Source: Myxococcota bacterium (GTDB lineage Bacteria > Myxococcota_A > SURF-8). From it: a stretch of DNA of 64,000 nucleotides. The stretch covers positions 2,144,001 through 2,208,000 of the forward strand of contig CAXXQS010000002.1 of the NCBI GenBank assembly GCA_963674735.2, read 5' to 3'. Below, in pieces: positions 1 through 8,302 of the stretch. A program made the position numbers and the translations under genes. The notes beneath the pieces were generated by a model that was not told the DNA's origin, did no database searches, and saw only the letters and a program-made list of their open reading frames with translations. How positions within the stretch are numbered: position 1 is the first letter of the stretch; the number at the start of each line of letters is the position of its first letter.

Positions 1-834
1 CAGACCGGCCAGGTGCTGCTGACGCGCGAAGATTTCGAAAACCGCCGCCGCTACCTCAACGCGCGCGAAGCGCTGTTGAAGCTGATGGAACTGGGCCTGG
101 TGCCGGTGGTCAACGAAAACGATTCGGTGGCGGTGGAGGAAATCCAGTACGGCGACAACGATCTGCTGTCCGCCCTGGTGGCCGGAATGGTCGACGCCGA
201 TCTGCTGGTGCTCATGACCGATGTGGACGGCCTCTATCGCACGCCCCCCGATCCGGGCCAGCGAGGAGAATTGCTGGACACGCTCGACGGTCCCATCGAA
301 AGCTGGCTGGCCGGTGTGAAGGATCGCGAAAACGGGTTGGGATCGGGCGGGATGCGTTCCAAGCTCGAAGCCGCCAATCTGGCGCGCCAATACGGTATTC
401 ACTGCGTCATCGCGCGCAGTTCGGGCCGCGTACTGGCCGATGTGCTGGCCGGAAAATCCGTCGGCACTTATATCACCCCCTACGACCGCAAACTGCCGGG
501 CCGCCAACGCTGGTTGTCCGCCGCCGCCGGAACGCAGGGCAGCCTGACCCTCGACGCCGGGGCGGTTCGCGCCGTTTTGGAAGGGGGAAAAAGCCTGTTG
601 CCCATCGGGGTCACGAAGGTTACGGGGACGTTTTTGCGCGGCGCAGTGGTCGGACTCGAAGACGGCGACGGGTTCGAACTCGGGCGCGCCGCCGTGCGCT
701 ACCGCTCGGATCACCTGATCCGCATTCTGGGGCGGCAGGCCAGCGAAATCGAGGCGATCCTCGGCTACACTTTCGGCGACGAAGTCGTCCACCGCGACGA
801 CATGGTTCTCATTCAAAACGGGAGGACGACATGA
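1..834 (+). CDS. proB: Glutamate 5-kinase with C-terminal PUA domain (5' end outside window)
   Basis: PVVNENDSV, GDNDLLSA and GSGGMRSKL motifs; PUA-like tail (KSLLPIGV...VVHRDDMV); frame open from base 1; overlaps proA start. Confidence 0.96.
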   Translation, partial: QTGQVLLTREDFENRRRYLNAREALLKLMELGLVPVVNENDSVAVEEIQYGDNDLLSALVAGMVDADLLVLMTDVDGLYRTPPDPGQRGELLDTLDGPIESWLAGVKDRENGLGSGGMRSKLEAANLARQYGIHCVIARSSGRVLADVLAGKSVGTYITPYDRKLPGRQRWLSAAAGTQGSLTLDAGAVRAVLEGGKSLLPIGVTKVTGTFLRGAVVGLEDGDGFELGRAAVRYRSDHLIRILGRQASEIEAILGYTFGDEVVHRDDMVLIQNGRTT

Positions 835-2078
835 GTGCATTGACGCCCATACTAACCCAGGCGCGCGCGGCCGCCGTTCAGTTGGCGGACAGCGACGCGG
901 AAGCGCGTAACCAGGCGCTCATCGCGATGGCCAAGGCGCTCCGACACGCACAGGCCGCCATCCTCGACGCGAACCGGCAGGATGTGCAAGACGCCCGCGC
1001 GGCGGGGCAGAGCGCGGCGCTCATCGATCGTCTCACGCTGACGGAAGAACGTATCGACGCCATGGCGGAGGCCGTGCTGGCCATCGCCAAACTGCCCGAC
1101 CCGCTGGGTGATATCTACGGACTGAGCTCGCGCCCCAACGGGTTGCGGGTGGGCCGCATGCGCGTTCCGCTGGGCGTCATCGGCATCATTTTCGAATCGC
1201 GTCCGAACGTCATCGCCGACGCGGCCGCCCTATGCGTCAAAAGCGGAAATGCCGTCATCCTGCGCGGCGGCTCCGAGGCGAAACGCTCCAACGCCGCGTT
1301 GGGCGATGTGCTGGGTGAGGCGCTGGCCGCATCCGGACTTCCTGCGGCGGCGGCCCAGGTGCTGCGCGACACCGACCGTGCCCTGGTTTTGGATCTGCTT
1401 ACCGCGCGCGGCCAGGTGGATCTCGTGATCCCGCGCGGCGGCGAAGGCTTGATCCGTTTCGTGGACGAACACGCGCGCGTGCCGATCATCCTCCATTATA
1501 AAGGGGTCTGCCACGTCTTCGTCGACGGCGAAGCCGATCTCGACGCGGCCGAACGCATCATCCTCAACGCCAAGACGCAACGCCCCGGCGTCTGCAACGC
1601 CGCCGAAACCCTGTTGGTGCATGCCGATGTCGCCGAGACGTTTTTACCCACGGCGGCAAAAGCCTTGCGCGAAGCCGGAGTGGAATTGCGCGGCTGCGAG
1701 CGCGCCTGCGCGTTGGTTTCCGGCATGATCCCCGCCACGGAAGCCGACTGGCCCGCCGAATATCTCGATCTGATTCTGGCGGTGAAGGTGGTGGACGATT
1801 TCGACGCGGCGGTGGCGCATATCCGTGCCTACGGTTCCGGTCACACCGAGGCCATCGTCACCGAGAACTACCATTCCGCCAGCCGTTTCCTGAACGTGGT
1901 GGACGCCTCCTGCGTGGTGGTCAACGCCTCGACGCGCTTCAACGACGGCGGCGAGCTGGGGCTGGGGGCGGAGATGGGCATCAGCACTACCAAGCTGCAC
2001 GCCTACGGGCCCATGGGTCTGCAAGAGCTGACCACCAGCAAGTTCATCGTGCTGGGGCAGGGACAGGTACGCGGCTAG
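831..2078 (+). CDS. proA: Gamma-glutamyl phosphate reductase
   Basis: VPLGVIGIIFESRPNV, RPGVCNAAETLLVH, NASTRFNDGGELGLGAEMGIST and LHAYGPMGL motifs. Confidence 0.97.
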   Translation: MSALTPILTQARAAAVQLADSDAEARNQALIAMAKALRHAQAAILDANRQDVQDARAAGQSAALIDRLTLTEERIDAMAEAVLAIAKLPDPLGDIYGLSSRPNGLRVGRMRVPLGVIGIIFESRPNVIADAAALCVKSGNAVILRGGSEAKRSNAALGDVLGEALAASGLPAAAAQVLRDTDRALVLDLLTARGQVDLVIPRGGEGLIRFVDEHARVPIILHYKGVCHVFVDGEADLDAAERIILNAKTQRPGVCNAAETLLVHADVAETFLPTAAKALREAGVELRGCERACALVSGMIPATEADWPAEYLDLILAVKVVDDFDAAVAHIRAYGSGHTEAIVTENYHSASRFLNVVDASCVVVNASTRFNDGGELGLGAEMGISTTKLHAYGPMGLQELTTSKFIVLGQGQVRG

Positions 2079-2136
2079 GGCGCTCACCCGACCTTCGTCG
2101 CAAAGATCCGACGTTCACAGATGACGCGGCAAAAGC

Positions 2137-2190
2137 TTGACAGACGCCGCTGTGTCGTATATTTATACTCTAAGTGAATACTTATCAAAA
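2137..2190 (+). promoter_or_regulatory. Sigma70-like promoter overlapped by two ARG-box-like operators (argR autoregulation)
   Basis: TTGACA at 2137-2142, TATTTA 17 nt later; gtcGTATATTTATACtct (2154-2171) and agTGAATACTTATcaaaa (2173-2190) resemble WNTGNATWWWWATNCANW; the 1-nt box spacing is atypical. Confidence 0.55.
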
Positions 2191-2205
2191 ATTTGCGGGG
2201 AGGTC

Positions 2206-2652
2206 ATGAGTAAACACAACGCCCGTCGGCAGGCGATCCAGCAACTTGTCAGCACCCAGGAGATTCGCACCCAGGACGAACTGGTGCGCCAGTTGAAGAA
2301 CCGTAATTATTCGGTCACCCAGGCCACCATCTCGCGCGATATCGGCGATCTGGGTTTGATCAAGGTCGGGGGTTTTTACCGCCTGCCGGGCGAAGCCCCG
2401 GCCCCGGCGCATCTGGAACGCACGCTGCGCGATAAAATTTTGCGCGTTGCGCCCGCCGGACCGCACCTGGTGGTGTTGCACACCAATCCGGGTGAAGCGG
2501 GGTCCGTGGGGCTGTCGCTCGACCGCCTCACCTGGACCGGCATCGTGGGGACGATCGCGGGCGACGATACGGTTTTCATTGCCTGCCATTCGGTCAAATC
2601 GGGCCAACAGATCATTAAACGCCTTCAGGCGCTACTGGGAGACGAAACATGA
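2206..2652 (+). CDS. argR: Arginine repressor
   Basis: TQDELV, VTQATISRDI (winged HTH) and GTIAGDDT (Arg-binding) motifs; GGAGG RBS before ATG 2206. Confidence 0.95.
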   Translation: MSKHNARRQAIQQLVSTQEIRTQDELVRQLKNRNYSVTQATISRDIGDLGLIKVGGFYRLPGEAPAPAHLERTLRDKILRVAPAGPHLVVLHTNPGEAGSVGLSLDRLTWTGIVGTIAGDDTVFIACHSVKSGQQIIKRLQALLGDET

Positions 2653-2861
2653 AATTGATGAAAAAATTCAGCCGCAACAAGGGCAAAACCACCGCGCCGC
2701 CCGGTCAACGCCTGCTTGACCGCTTCATCAACGGATACGGTACCCCCATCATGGTCGAGCGCTTAAAGGAAATGGAAGCTCGGCTTAACAAACGGCACAA
2801 AGCCAAACCCGCCCCCGACCTCACCGAACCGCCGGAAGACGGCGATACGCCCGCGGCCTGA
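2649..2861 (+). CDS. Small basic hypothetical protein (70 aa)
   Basis: ATGA overlap with argR stop; no recognisable domain. Confidence 0.55.
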   Translation: MKLMKKFSRNKGKTTAPPGQRLLDRFINGYGTPIMVERLKEMEARLNKRHKAKPAPDLTEPPEDGDTPAA

Positions 2862-2898
2862 CTTCTTTTTTCGGCTGATCTCCGAACGTAAAAATGTC

Positions 2899-3522
2899 TT
2901 AGGATTTTCGCAGATCGAAGCGAAACTCGCAGCTTTCACCGCCCTCCGACAAGGTGGCGGGCCGGGTGAGTCGCACCGGGCCTTGACTGAAGAAGGCCAG
3001 ATCGCCCTTGCAGAATAACGGAGCCAGCTCGCCGACGTCGAGCGCCGCGCACAGATCCACGAAATGGCAGTGCGTAACGCGATGGATAAAGCCCGCATCG
3101 GTGATGGCTTCCACCCGGCTTGCGGCATTGAAGAAACGCCCGGCCACCTCTTCGAGGTAGGCGCGCCGTTCGGCTGCATCCGCCCGCCGGTAGCGTTCGA
3201 TGTCCAGCGGCCCGATGGTGCGCGCCAGAAACACCAGCGAGGCCTCCAGCACCACCTGTTCCGTTATCGCCAACGCCCGCTCGCGTCCGACGGCGACGCA
3301 CAGGCGGCGGTATAGCTTGATGGCCGGGCCGATCTGTGCGCGTGACAAAATTTCGCGTTCGTCGATGGGGGGTGAAAGCGCCGCGAAAGGATCGGCGTCC
3401 CCTTCGGCGCGTCCGCCGATCCACAACGCTTGCACCCAGCCGAGTTCACGTCCCAGGACGCGCAGGCCGGTCCATTTGAGGCGCAGTTCCGTCAGCAAGT
3501 CCGGTTTCAGCGTGGTGACCAT
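2899..3522 (-). CDS. L-2-amino-thiazoline-4-carboxylate hydrolase-like family protein
   Basis: Family-typical C-terminal Cys pattern: VTHCHF...LAPLFCKGD...LTRPATLSEGGESCEFRF. Confidence 0.75.
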   Translation of the reverse strand: MVTTLKPDLLTELRLKWTGLRVLGRELGWVQALWIGGRAEGDADPFAALSPPIDEREILSRAQIGPAIKLYRRLCVAVGRERALAITEQVVLEASLVFLARTIGPLDIERYRRADAAERRAYLEEVAGRFFNAASRVEAITDAGFIHRVTHCHFVDLCAALDVGELAPLFCKGDLAFFSQGPVRLTRPATLSEGGESCEFRFDLRKS

Positions 3523-3555
3523 TTACAACCTCACCTTGTTTATCGGGATTTCCAT

Positions 3556-4869
3556 TCAGTCGGGCAATTCGGCGAGCAGATTATCGAATAAGGCCTTGGT
3601 CGTCGCTCCGTGGTGCAGGTTTTCGGGTGCGCCGCCCGACAGCGTCAGACGGCCGCGATAGCCGCTTACGCCGGCCAGCACCAGCAGCCGTCGTGCAGGT
3701 GGGGCGATCAGAAAGGCGCTTTCGGCGGGCTGGTCGAAGGTGACCTGCCGCTCTTCGATCGGTCCCATGTTGGTCAGCGCATTGGCGATGTTTCCCATGC
3801 GACCCGCCGCCCCGACCATTTCCTCGCCCTTTTCGATCAATTTGGCATCGTCGAGCCAATTGACCAGCCGGGTTTCGAGCAGATAGCTGTTCATTCCGAA
3901 CCAACTGGCCTTACGCCGCCGTGTGCGCGCCACGACCCGCTTCAGGGTCTCGGCCAGATCGCCGCCCAATGTGCGTCCGAGTCTGTAAAATTCGAAGGCG
4001 CTCAGGTTACCCAACGACTCGCCGCGACCGGTGGGCAGGGTGTTCAGACGGTGATCGACGGTGGTGAATAGCCGCAGGATCGCGCGACCGTCCCAGGGAA
4101 CCGTGGCAACCTGGGCGCGCAAAAAGGCCGCAATCAGCATGTCGTTCAAGGTTGCGCCGACGGGAGTGGCGAGCTTTCTCATGCGGGTGACGCGTTCGGC
4201 CGATAGCTCGCGCAGTTCGAGCGGTCCGCAGACCGCCGACTGTTCGGCTCGGCCGTTGTCGTCGGCCATGAGGGCATGGCTGCGCAGGGGCACCATTTTA
4301 CGCCAGATTTCCGCACAGTAATTCAGGAAAATACGCGGCCAGGCCCAGGCGGGGATGCAGCGCGTAATCTGATCGATGTTGCGCGAACCGGCGAGGTTCG
4401 GCTCGGGACGGTAGCCCGGATCGTTTTTCAAGCGCGAGTAGATACCGGCCAGAAGCTCGACCGCTTCTTTCGTGCCTCCCGCATCGGCGGCCAGATGATG
4501 CACCTTCACCAGCAAGCGGTCGCCCCCCGAAGCGGGAACATGCACCAATTGAAGCTGGGGATTGTGATAGGGATCGATCATGTCTCGGCGGGCCTGCTCG
4601 AAAGCGCTTTCATCCGTCACGCAGCGCAGCAGACTGCCGGGAGCGGAATCGAGACGCGCCCAGAAGGCTCTGGGTTCGCTGCGGTCGTAGCGACAACCCA
4701 GAACCGGTTCGGCCACCCGACACAGATCGGCCGCCCGCGCCAGCCGGTCGAGGTCGAGCCTATGGGAAAAGCGACACTCCATCTGGAGCGTCAGATCCAT
4801 GTAGCGTCCCAGGACGGACACGCCGCGGTCCATGATGGCGGCGGGTAAGCGATCAGGTAAGTGTGTCAT
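3556..4869 (-). CDS. Stand-alone condensation-domain / PapA-like acyltransferase
   Basis: HHxxxD motif (KVHHLAADAGG), GATLNDMLIAAF, TNMG; start placed at MTHLP (ATG 4869). Confidence 0.75.
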   Translation of the reverse strand: MTHLPDRLPAAIMDRGVSVLGRYMDLTLQMECRFSHRLDLDRLARAADLCRVAEPVLGCRYDRSEPRAFWARLDSAPGSLLRCVTDESAFEQARRDMIDPYHNPQLQLVHVPASGGDRLLVKVHHLAADAGGTKEAVELLAGIYSRLKNDPGYRPEPNLAGSRNIDQITRCIPAWAWPRIFLNYCAEIWRKMVPLRSHALMADDNGRAEQSAVCGPLELRELSAERVTRMRKLATPVGATLNDMLIAAFLRAQVATVPWDGRAILRLFTTVDHRLNTLPTGRGESLGNLSAFEFYRLGRTLGGDLAETLKRVVARTRRRKASWFGMNSYLLETRLVNWLDDAKLIEKGEEMVGAAGRMGNIANALTNMGPIEERQVTFDQPAESAFLIAPPARRLLVLAGVSGYRGRLTLSGGAPENLHHGATTKALFDNLLAELPD

Positions 4870-4968
4870 GGCGACAGCATAAACCGAGTCTTGCAAATTG
4901 GCAAGTATAGCGGCTCGCAAGCCGCAAAATCGATTGACCTTTCTCAGAGCGTCCGATAGGCTGACGCC

Positions 4969-5742
4969 ATGATAGCGAAGTCGTCGCCAGCACAGAGAAT
5001 CCTCCGCTTCCGTCCGCGCCGCCGGGTGGTGTGGGGTTGTTTTGTCGCGGCGTGTTTGTTGTGGGTTGCCCTTCATCCCCGAATTGAAGCGGCTGAAAAC
5101 AACTCCGACCCCTCAACCTGCGGACCGGTTCCCTTCGTCGATGTCGCCCGGCTGATCCCCGACGCCGTCGTATCCATGAAGTATGCCACCGCCGATCACT
5201 TCCTCAAACGACCGATCGCCGATTACTCCCGTTGCGCCTTGCGCCGTCCGGTGGCCGAGCGCTTGGTCCGCGCCGCCGAGCGGCTGCGCAAAGCGGGTTA
5301 TCGCCTGGTGCTGTGGGACTGCTATCGGCCCCGGCACGTGCAAGAGGCCATGTGGCGCGTGCACCCGGTGCCGGGGGAGGTGGCCAATCCCAAAACCGGT
5401 TCTCACCACAATCGCGGCGCGGCGGTCGATGTGGCGCTGGCCGACGCGAGCGGGCGGCTGGTCGCTCTGCCCACCGGCTTCGACGACTTCAGCCCGCAGG
5501 CCTGGCGCAACGCCCGCGACATCCCCGTACAGGCCAAGGCCAACCGCGAAGCGTTGAAAAGCGCCATGGCGGCGGCGGGCTTCGGCGGCATCCGGCGCGA
5601 ATGGTGGCACTACAATGCCCCCCGTCCCAAACAATATGCCCTCTGCAATGCCCCGGTAGCGCACCTGCTCGGTCCGGTAGAGACCGCCTCGGCAAAGCTG
5701 CCGAACGAAGAGACAACTTCCAATCCGAAAGCCGAACGATGA
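4969..5742 (+). CDS. ddpX: D-alanyl-D-alanine dipeptidase (peptidase M15D), exported
   Basis: WDCYRP, GSHHNRGAAVD, PTGFDDFS and EWWHY motifs; N-terminal hydrophobic segment. Confidence 0.88.
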   Translation: MIAKSSPAQRILRFRPRRRVVWGCFVAACLLWVALHPRIEAAENNSDPSTCGPVPFVDVARLIPDAVVSMKYATADHFLKRPIADYSRCALRRPVAERLVRAAERLRKAGYRLVLWDCYRPRHVQEAMWRVHPVPGEVANPKTGSHHNRGAAVDVALADASGRLVALPTGFDDFSPQAWRNARDIPVQAKANREALKSAMAAAGFGGIRREWWHYNAPRPKQYALCNAPVAHLLGPVETASAKLPNEETTSNPKAER

Positions 5743-6428
5743 CGGAAACCGCCACGCACCTCGCCTCGCTTTACGCTCTTTTCTGCGCGGCCCTCACTCC
5801 GGCCGAAAGCGTGGTGTATGACCCCGATTTTTCCGATTCCACTCAGAACTGGTTGGCCTGCCTGGATGACCTGGGCGTACCGCTCCAGGTTCGCGGGACC
5901 ACTTCCGTGCGCGTGGGCGAAGCCGTGCCTGTTTTCCCCGTCAAGGAAATGGAAATCATGGACGACCCCGTCCTGGTTCGGCTGCTCGGCGGTCTCTCCC
6001 TGCTAAGCGGTGACCCGCTGCTGATCCACGGCGGCCCGAAACTCAGGCACCATTCTTTCGCCAAGCTGTTCGAAGTTCTGGAGGCGCTCGGCGTCGGAGT
6101 GGAGGCCGAGAACGGCGAATACTTGCCGGTTCGCCTCACGCGCCGTCGGCCCATCACTGCCGGGACCATCGTCGCGTTATCGCCCGAGGCGGCCCGCGAA
6201 GCCGGCGACGCCCTCCTGCTGACCGCCCCGGCGCTGCCCTTCGGCCTGGTCTTACGACCTGAAAATAATGATTTATTTCAACGGGTTCTGCTTCCATGTC
6301 TCACCGTTATGAAAACATTTGGCGCGCGCGTGTTCGAGGAACGGGACGGTCTGGTGGCCGTTTCACCGGGCGGATATCGACCCGCCGTCATGACCATTCC
6401 CCGCATGCTGGCAACTTCCTTGCATTAA
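5739..6428 (+). CDS. Degenerate EPSP-synthase (AroA)-like single-domain protein, 229 aa
   Basis: ATGA overlap with ddpX; by eye tracks AroA residues ~20-240 (RLLGGL..GGPKLRH..EVLEALGVGVE..LPVRL..LLLTAP..MKTFGARV..GGYRP) without the catalytic motifs. Confidence 0.6.
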   Translation: MTETATHLASLYALFCAALTPAESVVYDPDFSDSTQNWLACLDDLGVPLQVRGTTSVRVGEAVPVFPVKEMEIMDDPVLVRLLGGLSLLSGDPLLIHGGPKLRHHSFAKLFEVLEALGVGVEAENGEYLPVRLTRRRPITAGTIVALSPEAAREAGDALLLTAPALPFGLVLRPENNDLFQRVLLPCLTVMKTFGARVFEERDGLVAVSPGGYRPAVMTIPRMLATSLH

Positions 6429-6442
6429 GCAGCGTGAAATGC

Positions 6443-6470
6443 TTGACAAAACCGGCGGTATAACTATCAT
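6443..6470 (+). promoter_or_regulatory. Sigma70-like promoter for the yceD-rpmF-rib cluster
   Basis: TTGACA-16 nt-TATCAT. Confidence 0.6.
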
Positions 6471-6512
6471 TAATCGCCTTGTGACTCGGGGAGCTTTGGA
6501 AAGGATTCCCGC

Positions 6513-7064
6513 ATGAAACTCAAGCTGACCGAAATCCCCGAGGGCGGCCTTACGATCCAGGAAGAACTTCCGGTCGGTTGGCTGGTCGAACAAAGCGGCT
6601 TTGGTCCCGACGATCCGTATCGACCGACGGGTCCGGTGGTGCTGAACTTGAACGTAAGAAAAGCCAAACGGCAAGTCACTGTATCCGGTACGGCGACGGC
6701 GACCTTGGCGTTTGTGTGTTCGCATTGTGCCGAAGACGGCCTGCTGACGCCGACGGCGACTCTGCGTGAAACCTTTCTACCGGCCGACAAGTTCCGGCTG
6801 CCGGAAGGGCGCGCATTGGATCTGGAAGAGCAAGACTTCCAGAATGCGTTTTACGACAACGACGAGATCGAACTGGGTCGCTACGTGGCCGAAAGCATCG
6901 TGCTGGCCCTGCCCATGTTTCCCGTTTGCGAGCGTCCGGAATGCGCCGATGTGCCGGGCGATCACCGGGAGGACTGGGACGAGCCGGAGGCGCACAAGCG
7001 AGTGAACCCGATGTGGAAAGCGGGTCTGGCTCAGGTGAAAGACAAATTGAAGTTGAAAAAATAG
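6513..7064 (+). CDS. yceD: DUF177/YceD family protein
   Basis: CSHC, LALPMFPVC..C..NPMW pattern; canonical position upstream of rpmF. Confidence 0.85.
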   Translation: MKLKLTEIPEGGLTIQEELPVGWLVEQSGFGPDDPYRPTGPVVLNLNVRKAKRQVTVSGTATATLAFVCSHCAEDGLLTPTATLRETFLPADKFRLPEGRALDLEEQDFQNAFYDNDEIELGRYVAESIVLALPMFPVCERPECADVPGDHREDWDEPEAHKRVNPMWKAGLAQVKDKLKLKK

Positions 7065-7103
7065 CGGTACAAAACCGGTTCTGTATAGCGAAAGGAGTCC
7101 ATC

Positions 7104-7286
7104 GTGGCTGTCCCCAAGAAAGCGAAATCGAAATCGCGCCGTGACATGCGTCGCTCGCACGACGCCCTCAAGGCGGTCAACACCATCAATTGCCCCAACT
7201 GCGGCGAGGCCATGCGCCTGCATCGCATCTGCGGCAACTGCGGCTTCTACAAAGGGCGCGAAGTCATTCAACTCGAAGAAGACTAA
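7104..7286 (+). CDS. rpmF: 50S ribosomal protein L32
   Basis: MAVPKKAKSKSRRDMRRSH; CPNCG..HRICGNCGFYKG. Confidence 0.98.
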   Translation: MAVPKKAKSKSRRDMRRSHDALKAVNTINCPNCGEAMRLHRICGNCGFYKGREVIQLEED

Positions 7287-7314
7287 ACGCCACTGATCCG
7301 GAAAGGAGGCCGCG

Positions 7315-7758
7315 GTGATTGCATTAGCCAGTGATCACGGTGGATTCGCCCTGAAGGAGAAGGTCAAGGCCTGGCTGGCGCAACTCGGTCACGAGTGCCT
7401 GGACCTGGGCTGTCCCGATGAATCCTCGGTGGATTACCCCGACTATGCCGCCAAGCTGGCCGGGGCGATTGCGGAGAAGCGGGCGGAACGCGGCATTTTG
7501 ATCTGCGGTACGGGCATTGGTATGTCCATCGCGGTCAACAAATTCGCCGGGATCCGCGCCGCTTTGGTGCACGACGCCTTCACCGCCCGCATGTCTCGTC
7601 TGCATAACGACAGCAACGTGCTGGTGTTGGGCGGTCGCGTGTTGGGCGACGAAGTCGCCCGCGACATCGTCGGTCTGTGGCTGGAAACGCCATTCGAAGG
7701 CGACCGCCATCAGCGCCGTCTGGACAAAATCCACGCCTTTGACAAGCCCTGCGGCTGA
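7315..7758 (+). CDS. rpiB: Ribose-5-phosphate isomerase B
   Basis: SDHGG, SVDYPDY, CGTGIG, HNDSNVL and FEGDRHQRR motifs. Confidence 0.97.
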   Translation: MIALASDHGGFALKEKVKAWLAQLGHECLDLGCPDESSVDYPDYAAKLAGAIAEKRAERGILICGTGIGMSIAVNKFAGIRAALVHDAFTARMSRLHNDSNVLVLGGRVLGDEVARDIVGLWLETPFEGDRHQRRLDKIHAFDKPCG

Positions 7759-7779
7759 TTCTGACGGCACGGAGATGTG

Positions 7780-8259
7780 ATGAAATGCCCGAAATGCGGA
7801 CATGACACTTCGGTGATCGATTCCCGCGTAACCCGGGAGGGGCGGGAGATTCGCCGTCGCCGTACCTGCGAGAACTGCAATTATCGCTTTACCACCTACG
7901 AGCGGCCGGAAGAGCGTCTGGTTTACATCGTCAAAAAAGATCAGCGCCGCGAACCTTTCAACCGCGACAAGATTTTCTCGGGCATGCACAAAGCCTGTGA
8001 AAAGCTGAATATTTCCAGCGACGACATCGATCAATCGGTGAACCGTCTCAATCGGCGTGTCCACGACCTCAACGTCGATGAAGTCGAATCGACGCGGATC
8101 GGCCAGTTTGTGATGGAAGCCTTATACGAGCTCGACGAAGTGGCCTACATTCGCTTTGCCTCGGTGTATCTACGTTTTCAGGACATCTCCGAATTTACGC
8201 GCCACGTGGAAGCGCTGCGCCGCAAGCGCAAGAAATCCGCCGCACAATCGAAGACCTGA
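7780..8259 (+). CDS. nrdR: Transcriptional repressor NrdR
   Basis: MKCPKC..VIDSR..IRRRRTCENC..RFTTYE zinc ribbon; ATP cone ending VAYIRFASVY. Confidence 0.97.
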   Translation: MKCPKCGHDTSVIDSRVTREGREIRRRRTCENCNYRFTTYERPEERLVYIVKKDQRREPFNRDKIFSGMHKACEKLNISSDDIDQSVNRLNRRVHDLNVDEVESTRIGQFVMEALYELDEVAYIRFASVYLRFQDISEFTRHVEALRRKRKKSAAQSKT

Positions 8260-8302
8260 AGCCACACCCGGTATCGATCCCGACGCTTCGAACGGAGAAC
8301 CC

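Noticed and set aside
5232-5738. Long N-terminal extension of the AroA-like ORF (and similar extensions of ribD, ribE, sufC, sufB, sufS and coaD in the ORF track)
   Set aside because: They overlap neighbouring real genes; downstream ATGs with an RBS or stop-start coupling and family-typical N-termini are better starts.
4969-5742. VanX-type glycopeptide resistance locus
   Set aside because: No vanH, vanA, vanR or vanS nearby; lone DdpX homologues are widespread.
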